Below are positions 1 through 7,953 of a stretch of 64,000 nucleotides of DNA, piece after piece. Each line of letters begins with the position of its first letter. The stretch's first letter is position 1. The notes beneath the pieces were generated by a model. It ran no database searches. It saw only the letters and a list, made by a program, of their open reading frames with translations, and was not told the DNA's origin. This DNA is from a bacterium. GTDB taxonomy: Bacteria; SAR324; NAC60-12. Where the stretch lies: the NCBI GenBank assembly GCA_965209155.1, contig OZ242383.1, positions 576,001-640,000 on the forward strand, read 5' to 3'. Both the position numbers and the translations under genes were made by a program.

Positions 1-145
1 TCTGGTTTATCCAAGTGCCGAGGCCATCGAGATCAAAAGATTAAAAACTCCACCAACAGCAACTAACATTATTTTAGCAACTCGATACCTCGGAGCCGCT
101 CGGCGTACCGTTGCTCCGGGGTTGTTCATTTAAGGAGGCAAAAAA

Positions 146-1114
146 ATGTCTATACTAATTACTGGCGGAACAGGTTGGGTAGGTACTGGCCTGGCACATA
201 GTCTAGTAGAGAGGGGCGAAGACGTTATCTTGTTTGACATCGCTCCGCAAATAGAGCGCGTGGCGGATATCAAGAAAAACCTAAAGGTTGTCCAGGGAGA
301 CCAAACGGTCTGGCCTGACGTGTTGAATGTTGTCAAGGAAAATAACGTAGAAGGCATATTTCACCTCGCAATGTTACCAGAGGAAGCTGACGCGAACTCC
401 TGGACCATTTATGAATCGAATGTCGCCGGAACAAAGAATGTCCTGGAAGCGGCGCGACTCTTCGGGGTAAAGCGGGTGGTGTTTACCAGCACTGTGAGTA
501 CCTATAATCTGGGAATGTCTACTGAAAATATCACCGATGAGACAATACAACGGCCTAATAACGTGTACGGTGTGTCCAAGCTATGTGGTGAGCTTCTTGG
601 CAGATGCTATCGGAAGAAATATGACCTTGACTTTCGCTGCATACGATACCCTCAAATCACTGGTCCCAGTCATAAGATCAATAGATTCCCATCCGATATC
701 GCTACGAAAATGCAATATATTGGCTGGACGATTCAAAGTGCAGCCCTGGGCAGACCGGCTGAATTTCCTGTCAGCGAAGACAACAAACTTCCTGTTCTGT
801 ACTATGAAGATGCTCTGCGGGCCACACTAATGCTGTATGATGCACCAAAAGAGCAAATAGAGACCGTCTGCTATAACGTCGTAGGGGTCTTCCCATCGCT
901 AACGGCCAGGGAGGTAGAACTGACTATAAAGAAGTTCATTCCGGAAGCTCAATTGACCTATAAGCCGGACCCCGGGGTCATGGATTATTACCAAGGTAAC
1001 AATAACTTCGATGATAGCCGGGCTCGTGAAGAATGGGGGTGGAAGCCATTGTATGCGGATTTCGAAAAGATAGTGGCCGATTTTATTAATGAAGTAAGAT
1101 CGAAACCCGGGTAG
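146..1114 (+). CDS. NAD-dependent epimerase/dehydratase (extended SDR, L-threonine dehydrogenase-like)
   Basis: TGGTGWVG Rossmann motif, YGVSK catalytic motif, AAGGAGG RBS upstream. Confidence 0.85.
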   Translation: MSILITGGTGWVGTGLAHSLVERGEDVILFDIAPQIERVADIKKNLKVVQGDQTVWPDVLNVVKENNVEGIFHLAMLPEEADANSWTIYESNVAGTKNVLEAARLFGVKRVVFTSTVSTYNLGMSTENITDETIQRPNNVYGVSKLCGELLGRCYRKKYDLDFRCIRYPQITGPSHKINRFPSDIATKMQYIGWTIQSAALGRPAEFPVSEDNKLPVLYYEDALRATLMLYDAPKEQIETVCYNVVGVFPSLTAREVELTIKKFIPEAQLTYKPDPGVMDYYQGNNNFDDSRAREEWGWKPLYADFEKIVADFINEVRSKPG

Positions 1115-1293
1115 TCTCTACAAACCAGTGGACATCTATGTTGGCGACCTCCCACAGAGAGGCGGGATGCCCAAAAGGACTATCACCTGCTGCAGAAATT
1201 TTCCAGGGTGGTCTAGCTGGAAGCGCGGTTCTATTTTTTTATCTTATTCTTTGATTTTTTAATTTTCCTATATTTTCGTATGGAGGTAGTAAC

Positions 1294-2094
1294 ATGAGTG
1301 AAATGTTTGATCTAACCGGAAAGGTGGCCATCGTTACCGGTGGTAACGGGGGTATTGGGCGCGCCATTGCCGTGGGGATGGCGCAGCACGGTGCGGATAT
1401 CGTCGTGGCGGCGCGCAATGAACAGAAGACGGCAGCCGTCGTCAAAGAAATCGAAGCCCTGGGTCGCCGTTGTCTCGGGGTGCGCTGCGACGTCCTCGAG
1501 CAGGACGACATCCTCAACACCGTAGAGATGGCGGTCCGCGAACTGGGTAGCCTCAACATCCTGGTCAATAATTCCGGCATCGGTCACGGCGGTGAACCAA
1601 CTCAGACTGTGACCCTCGAGACCTGGCATCGGGTCATCGATACCAACCTGACCTCGGCGTTCCTGTTCTCTCAGGCGGCCCACTCGATGATGGTGAAAGC
1701 CGGAGGGGGCAAAATCATCAATATTGGGTCGGACTATTCCCTGATAGGCGCTGCGGGCAATGCGCCCTATTCGGCGAGCAAGGCCGGTTTGTTGAACCTG
1801 ACGAAGACCATGGCCCTGGACTGGGGAGCCGACAACATTCAAGTCAACCTGCTGGCGCCCAGTTGGACCCATACGGACATGTCCGCTCCTGTCTGGGAGA
1901 ACAAAGAGCGCACCGCCTACATCATCGACGAGATCGCTGCCGGTCGGATAGGCGAGCCGGAAGACCTGGCGGGGGCAGCTGTGTTTCTTGCCTCCCCGGC
2001 CTCTGACTTCGTTTCGGGAACGTTCATCAGCGTTGACGGAGGTCTGAAGGCCGGCGACAAGGGGTGGTCAGACCACCCCCCTGGTATCGGGTAA
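1294..2094 (+). CDS. Classical SDR oxidoreductase (KduD/gluconate 5-dehydrogenase-like)
   Basis: TGGNGGIG, NNSG and YSASK motifs; GGAGG RBS. Confidence 0.88.
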   Translation: MSEMFDLTGKVAIVTGGNGGIGRAIAVGMAQHGADIVVAARNEQKTAAVVKEIEALGRRCLGVRCDVLEQDDILNTVEMAVRELGSLNILVNNSGIGHGGEPTQTVTLETWHRVIDTNLTSAFLFSQAAHSMMVKAGGGKIINIGSDYSLIGAAGNAPYSASKAGLLNLTKTMALDWGADNIQVNLLAPSWTHTDMSAPVWENKERTAYIIDEIAAGRIGEPEDLAGAAVFLASPASDFVSGTFISVDGGLKAGDKGWSDHPPGIG

Positions 2095-2158
2095 TCGATA
2101 CCAATCCTTTTTGCTTTTAACTTATTCTTTCAATAACAGAAAAAATTGGAGAAATGAA

Positions 2159-3070
2159 ATGGACATCTCACCACTGACGACCTTTCTTGGCGCCGAAATC
2201 GCCGGAGTGGATCTGCGTCATCTGAATTCCGGTCTGATTCAGGAGATCAAGAACGTTCTGCATCAATACTCGGCGGTTTTCTTTCGCGACCAGCCAGAAC
2301 TTTCCCCAGCGGAGCATACTGATCTTGCCAGTGCATTCGGGCCTGTTTTCCCCCACCCATTTAACCCCCGAGGATCAGACTTTCCCGGCATCATAAAGCT
2401 TGAAGCGGGCCCCGATACCAAAAAGGCAGCGGCAACTAAATGGCACCAGGACGTTACCTGCGACAAGGAACCTTATTACCTCTCAATACTTCAGATGCAC
2501 GAGATTCCACCAGTCGGAGGGGATACCGTTTTCTCCAGCATGTATGCAGCGTACGAAGCATTGTCACCACGTATGAAGCGGTTGCTCGATGGTTTGACGG
2601 CACGACACGATGGAGCAAAGGTTTACTCTTTTCTGCGCGGACTTAGTGAGGAACCCAATTACCGGGACGGCCATCCCGAGGCCGTTCATCCCGTCGTGAT
2701 ACGTGATCATGGAAGTGGCAGGCCTGCGCTTTTTGTCAATCGAGAGTTTACGGCCGAACTCAACGACTTGCCTTGGGGAGAAAGCGAAGCGTTGCTCAAG
2801 TTCCTGTTTGATCATACCGAAGGGGCCGATTTCCAGTGCCGATTTCGCTGGTCACCTAACGCGGTCGCGATCTGGGACAATCGCGGTATCCAGCATAGAG
2901 CGACGTTTGATTACTGGCCACATGTTCGCACGGGGCGTCTCGCCGGAGTTTGTGGACCAGTTCTAAAGATGTGGCGGTTGGAAGAAGCGCCATCCACTTT
3001 AAATTTAAAGGAGAACAAGATGGAGGACGTTATCGTGTATCCTCATGGCTTCAGCAAAATGGATAAGTAA
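2159..3070 (+). CDS. TauD/TfdA family Fe(II)/2-oxoglutarate dioxygenase
   Basis: WHQD (HxD) and WDNRxxQHRA motifs; start taken at ATG 2159. Confidence 0.88.
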   Translation: MDISPLTTFLGAEIAGVDLRHLNSGLIQEIKNVLHQYSAVFFRDQPELSPAEHTDLASAFGPVFPHPFNPRGSDFPGIIKLEAGPDTKKAAATKWHQDVTCDKEPYYLSILQMHEIPPVGGDTVFSSMYAAYEALSPRMKRLLDGLTARHDGAKVYSFLRGLSEEPNYRDGHPEAVHPVVIRDHGSGRPALFVNREFTAELNDLPWGESEALLKFLFDHTEGADFQCRFRWSPNAVAIWDNRGIQHRATFDYWPHVRTGRLAGVCGPVLKMWRLEEAPSTLNLKENKMEDVIVYPHGFSKMDK

Positions 3071-3180
3071 GGGGCCTGGTCGAACGAGCAGTGAGTGAAA
3101 CCGGTCGGATTGATGTTTTAGTCAACAATGCCGGTATTCGAGTCGAGAAGGACGTCATTAACACCACCATCAGTGAAGAG
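3070..3180 (+). pseudogene. Internal fragment of an SDR gene
   Basis: Reads GLVERAVSETGRIDVLVNNAGIRVEKD, with no N- or C-terminal parts. Confidence 0.65.
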
Positions 3181-3187
3181 AGAAAAA

Positions 3188-4114
3188 ATGAAATTCGGGG
3201 CACAACTCAATTTTTGTCGTGCTCAATGGGACGAGATGGAGGCCTATATCCAAACAATGGAGGCAGGACGATGGCACAGCCTTTGGTTGTCTGACCACTT
3301 CCTGCCGACGCCTGTCCCCGTCGGTACTCCTGCGGAGCAGGATGAACTCAATCCGGCCTACGAAGCATTTATCCCCCTCGCGGTGGCCGCTGGGATGATG
3401 AAACGGCTCAAGCTGGGCAGCTTTGTGTTGGGCGTTACCTACCGCAATCCAGCCTTGGTGGCCAAGATGGCCGCTGAACTCGATCAAGTCTCCAGGGGTC
3501 GCTTCACTTTGGGGATCGGGGCAGGCTGGTTCGAGCGTGAACACCAGGCTTATGGTTGGGTCTTTCCCTCTATGAAAGAACGGCAGGACCGTTTAGAGGA
3601 GGCCTGTGCCTTGATCCGCAAGCTTTTTACAGCCGAAGAGCCCGTCGACTTCCAGGGGCAGTATTATCGACTGGAGCGGGCCCCACTCTCCCCAGGTTGT
3701 TATCAGAAGCCCCATCTGCCGATCATGATTGGTGGAAATGGAGAGCGCCGTACACTGCGCACCCTGGCACGGTATGGGGACATCTACAATTATAACGGTT
3801 GGGAAGGGATGGATATGGATGTCGAAGTGTTCAAACACAAACTCAGCGTGCTCGCGCGGCATTGTGAAGACATCAACCGGGATCCGGCGGAGATCAAATT
3901 GACGGTGTTTTTCCAATTGAGACTTGTCGAAACCGATGCGGAACGGGAACGCATCCGCCAGAAAAATCTGGGATGGGTGGCCGGATCGCGAAACTTCTAC
4001 ATCGATTTGATCGGGGAATTTGAGAAAGCCGGAGTCGAGGAGATATGCTGCGCCAGCTTTGACAGGGCGGAAGATTTGCAGCGGGTGGATGAAGAGATCA
4101 TTAACTTTTTATGA
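3188..4114 (+). CDS. Luciferase-like monooxygenase (LLM) class oxidoreductase, probably F420-dependent
   Basis: SDHF, YRNPALVAKMA, GIGAGWFEREH and PIMIGG motifs; paralog at 55660. Confidence 0.85.
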   Translation: MKFGAQLNFCRAQWDEMEAYIQTMEAGRWHSLWLSDHFLPTPVPVGTPAEQDELNPAYEAFIPLAVAAGMMKRLKLGSFVLGVTYRNPALVAKMAAELDQVSRGRFTLGIGAGWFEREHQAYGWVFPSMKERQDRLEEACALIRKLFTAEEPVDFQGQYYRLERAPLSPGCYQKPHLPIMIGGNGERRTLRTLARYGDIYNYNGWEGMDMDVEVFKHKLSVLARHCEDINRDPAEIKLTVFFQLRLVETDAERERIRQKNLGWVAGSRNFYIDLIGEFEKAGVEEICCASFDRAEDLQRVDEEIINFL

Positions 4115-4217
4115 TGGAAGTAGTTATTTAGGGGAATGGAAGGATGATAAAAAATGGAACGGAACTCAAACAGACAAAAAAGGGGAAATCACTGGTAAGT
4201 GGGTGAATGGAGAGTAA
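4110..4217 (+). pseudogene. C-terminal remnant of a MORN-repeat protein
   Basis: YDGSSYLGEWKDDKKWNGT..KGEITGKWVNGE then stop, with no start codon. Confidence 0.6.
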
Positions 4218-4376
4218 AAAGCAGGTCGTTTTTTAAACCTACCTTCCGGAACTCAAGTTTTTGAGGAAAATGGGAGTAGGTTCGAAAGGGGAGATGAAAT
4301 ATAGTAATATATAAAGTTTAAAATAGCATTGTAGTTTAAATCCAGATTACGTTGAATAATTTGAAGGAGGTGTAAC

Positions 4377-4841
4377 ATGACGTTAGAAAAATTAGAGGCC
4401 AGGATTGCACGCCTGGAAGAAATCGAAACGATTAACAAAGTGTGGCATAGGTATTTATACTTAATTGATACCCAAGACTGGCAGGGAGCAACCAATATGT
4501 TTACAGAGTCGGCATTACTCGAATTGGGCACTGCCGGCTGCTATCGGGGCAAGGAGGAAATTGCAGGGTGGTATAAAAAGGTTATTCAGTCATTACCACT
4601 TATAGTTCACATGTCCCATAACCCTGTCATTGAGGTAGAAGGAGACAATGCTACCGGCGAATTCTACTACGAGACACCAGCTACTGATGCTGAAGCAAAC
4701 AGAGCTATGTGGTTCGTGGGTAAGCACGAAGCTGAATTCACAAAAGTTAACGGTCATTGGAAGATCAAGACATTGGTAGCCAAGTGTATTTACAATACCC
4801 CCTACGATGAAGGCTGGGTTAAAACGAATCTGTGTGAATAA
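4377..4841 (+). CDS. SnoaL-like/NTF2-family protein
   Basis: ARLEEIETI..RY..LIDTQDW, H.SHNPVIEVEGDNATG pattern; AAGGAGG RBS. Confidence 0.82.
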   Translation: MTLEKLEARIARLEEIETINKVWHRYLYLIDTQDWQGATNMFTESALLELGTAGCYRGKEEIAGWYKKVIQSLPLIVHMSHNPVIEVEGDNATGEFYYETPATDAEANRAMWFVGKHEAEFTKVNGHWKIKTLVAKCIYNTPYDEGWVKTNLCE

Positions 4842-4925
4842 GTTTAAAAGTAAGCGCCCAATTGTCTTTTTAGCTCGGTTGATCTTCTTTATCAAGGTAT
4901 TGAGGCAAGAGCTGTTTCATCGGCT

Positions 4926-5787
4926 CAGGAGAGCGATTCGTCCAAGTGGTGCGTCACGTACAGGATATGAACTTCCGTATTTTTTGCTATGTAATCGACC
5001 AGGTCGAGTACCATTCTCCGGTTGGCATAATCCAGTCCCTGACACGGTTCGTCCAAAATAAGCAGCATGGGAGATTTGACCATGGCCCGGGCAAGCAAAG
5101 CCATGCGCTGTTGTCCTTGGGAAAGTTGGTTGAATGGACTATTGGCTTTTTCTTCAAGGGAGAGAATGTGGATCCACTGGAGGGCAATCAAACGCTGTTC
5201 AGGGGAGTATCGCCGGTAGAGACCAATGGAATCGAAGAAACCGGAAAGGATGACATGCATCGTACTCAAATGACTGTAATAGCGAACCTGAAGTTCTGCG
5301 GAGACTTTTCCGATTTTCTTTTTGATATCCCAAATACTTTCACCCGTGCCCCTGCGCCGTCCAAAAAGGTATATTTTATTGGAATATGCCTGTAAATTTT
5401 CAGTGGAGATCAAACTCAACAACGTCGATTTCCCCGCTCCATTGGGACCCGCGATTGCCCAGTGCTCGCCTTTTTTCATAGTCCAATTGAAGCCATTCAA
5501 GACCGTCACCGCTCCGTATTGAACCCTGACGTTTTCCATGGAAATCAGGACTTCGTCTGGCACTTGTTCGAGCATTTGCCGTGAATTGTTGAAATCCGGC
5601 ACGAAGGTGTGGTTCAAATCATTTCCTTGGTAGAGGCGTTTGAGAAATTGCGTATTCAAAATGTCTTCCTTCTTCCCCTGCGCGAAAATCTTACAATCTT
5701 TCAGGCATAAAACATGAGTGACATTCTCCGGAATTTCCTCCAGTCGATGGGTTATGAGGAGAATTTTCAAATCATGCTCCATCAAAA
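4926..5787 (-). pseudogene. Partial (3' portion) near-identical duplicate of the modF-like ATPase at 24840-26336
   Basis: 862 bp matches 24910-25771 with about 10 substitutions; truncated at both ends. Confidence 0.9.
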
Positions 5788-6013
5788 CATTGTGTTGCGG
5801 GTGATGGCAGCATTGGGGGTCTGTGGAGTGCTAAGAGTTCTCATGATGCCTGAGAATGGCGGAAGGTATCAACGATTTTATGAAATCCAATTTCAAGAAT
5901 AACTACCGTCGCCATAAAACAACGTTTCCTGAGTTAATGTAGGATTCATCGGCCTCGGCGCCATAAAATCCGGGGACAGTTACGAAAATAAATCACGAAA
6001 ACCAGACCCGATA

Positions 6014-6191
6014 TTAGCAGGGATCGGAATCTTTCTCTTGGAGGAGAGCACGCAGCCGTTCGACTTCCGCAAGCGCTTTTTCTTTTTCTTCTCTTGCCAA
6101 GGCATTTTCTTTCAGTTTTCGCTCTTTTTCTTTTTGCTGACGCTCTTGTTGGAAGCATTTCAGGAGAAAGGTTTTGGTAGAGAGGATCCTC
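6014..6191 (-). pseudogene. Degraded 3' end of a Uma2-family gene
   Basis: Clear nucleotide similarity to 23675-23866, with indels. Confidence 0.75.
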
Positions 6192-6400
6192 AATTAATCT
6201 TTAATTTGATGCGCTGGGCGCGCCTTATACAGACTCCCCCTAGAAATTTGAAACAGGAATATCTTCCCTTGCATTTAATCAGAAACTTCGATATGGTTGG
6301 CATTAAATCAGTTGATTTTGGCAAGAATCCGATTATGCGTTAACTAAATACAGTGATTCAGAAAAAAGTATCCAAATTGTCATTCTACTATGAAATCATA

Positions 6401-6406
6401 TGTCAA
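6401..6406 (-). promoter_or_regulatory. Outward-facing -35 box (TTGACA) of the predicted circle-junction promoter
   Basis: Joining the ends gives TTGACA-N17-TACTAT (-10 at 7786-7781). Confidence 0.75.
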
Positions 6407-6410
6407 GATA

Positions 6411-6600
6411 GTTATGAAAAAAATTCTAACCAGTCTACTATTCGTGGTCCCAAAGGCCGACAAGTTACTTTTTCGAAGTCATTTTCATGAAAGGAGTTGG
6501 CATACTGAGCGACGATGATCGGAGTCAACAAGAATGACACCGCCATACTCCAGGAACTTCGATAATGAGGTGTTGAACTTTTTCAAATTTCTTGGTTGTT
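6411..6600 (-). ncRNA. Predicted bridge/seek RNA of the IS110 element (ends approximate)
   Basis: Two stem-flanked internal loops containing matches to the target (6531-6539, 6505-6509) and to the donor junction (6463-6469, 6435-6441). Confidence 0.78.
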
Positions 6601-6637
6601 GCTTTCTAGTAGATGAATCTCAAGGCTCTGTTTTTGT

Positions 6638-7702
6638 TTAAACCACTTGGAGCACAGGAGGTTGATAAGGTGTTTGATCGAGGATTAACCTCCTAGCCAA
6701 AATCACCAGTTTACGAGCGATGGCCACAATGGCCCGTTTGCCTCCGATGCGGCAAGCCAAGCGTTGATATTTGGTTTTAAAATAAGGATCTTTACGCACC
6801 AGAGTCCAAGCCGCTTCCACCAACATTCCACGCAGATCGGCTTTGCCGGAACGAGTAATATGGCCCATGCGAATCTGATCAGAACTGGAAAACTGAGAAG
6901 GGGTTAAGCCCACATAAGCGGCGATTTGATCACTTTGAGCAAAACGCGTGAGATCTTCCAATTCTAATAAAAAGGTCATCGCTGTGAGCAAACCCACTCC
7001 GGGGATGGATCTTAAAAACTGAACGTTGAGTTGGTGTTGAGGGCTCTTGGCCAGTTGTCGAATGGCTTGAGTCAGACGAAGAATTTGCTCTTGGAGAAAA
7101 TGGAATTCTTCCAGAAGCATTTGCATACTCAAACCAAAGCGAGAGTCGCTTTGAGCCAAGTTTGTTAATTCCAATAAAAAACTTTGAGTCCAAGAACCTT
7201 GGTCGCTGGAGAGCTTTTGTCCATGAAAACTTAACTCGGCTTTGATGCGATTTTGAACACGAACTCGATTGCCCATGAGTTGACGACGATGGCGAATGAG
7301 TTTGCGTTGCTGCAAATTAGCTTCACTCGGAACATAAACACTTTTGAGCAAATCTCTGGAAAGATAAAAGGCTAATTTCTTGCTGTCTTTGCGATCGGTT
7401 TTTACTCGATTACCTGACTCTTGAGGAATCAAACTGGGAGGGGTGACCAAACAATCCACCCCCCAATGGCTCAGATGACGAGAGAGCCAGTAGCCACAAT
7501 AACCGGCTTCATAGACCACTTTCATCTCCAATGATTTGAAAGGATTCAAAAGTTTTTTTAAGGCCGACCAACTCGCTGGAATGGATTGACTGCTCAACTC
7601 GCAATCAAAGCTCCGAATGGTGACATGAAAGGTTTTTTTATGCACGTCGATTCCTATATAAATGGTTTGGCCTAATAATGATTCAATGTTAATCTTTTTC
7701 AT
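6638..7702 (-). CDS. IS110-family transposase/recombinase
   Basis: RuvC-like DEDD residues GIDVHK, YEAG, KTDRKD; IPGVG, AYVGLTP and SS Tnp domain; IVAIARKL. Confidence 0.93.
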   Translation of the reverse strand: MKKINIESLLGQTIYIGIDVHKKTFHVTIRSFDCELSSQSIPASWSALKKLLNPFKSLEMKVVYEAGYCGYWLSRHLSHWGVDCLVTPPSLIPQESGNRVKTDRKDSKKLAFYLSRDLLKSVYVPSEANLQQRKLIRHRRQLMGNRVRVQNRIKAELSFHGQKLSSDQGSWTQSFLLELTNLAQSDSRFGLSMQMLLEEFHFLQEQILRLTQAIRQLAKSPQHQLNVQFLRSIPGVGLLTAMTFLLELEDLTRFAQSDQIAAYVGLTPSQFSSSDQIRMGHITRSGKADLRGMLVEAAWTLVRKDPYFKTKYQRLACRIGGKRAIVAIARKLVILARRLILDQTPYQPPVLQVV

Positions 7703-7953
7703 AGCAGTCTCCTAAAAGATGGTTGTTAGTTTTTGCTGAAACTATTTAATATCACAACCATCGGAGACTGTCTGATTTACATAGTAACTGAGGGGGACGC
7801 CTAGTCATGTAGGCGAAGAATCTCAATGATATCAAGGAGAACTTTCGTAAGGGGGCTGCCTAAGCCTCAGGATGACAAATCAAAAGTATTAATTTGATCA
7901 CTTTATTCTGATTAGCTGTCCTAAGTATTCACGATTATCTCAGAGGAGTCCCC

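Larger units (their letters stand above)
6387..7787 (-). mobile_element. IS110-family (IS1111-group) insertion sequence
   Basis: Transposase; imperfect IRs ACTATGAAATCA (6387-6398) and TGATTTACATAGT (7773-7785); CT core at 6385-6386 and 7788-7789; short upstream end and long downstream non-coding end. Confidence 0.9.

Noticed and set aside
5788..5844. Upstream start fused to the modF fragment to form a new gene
   Set aside because: The MRTLSTP ORF hits TGA and is out of frame with the modF part.
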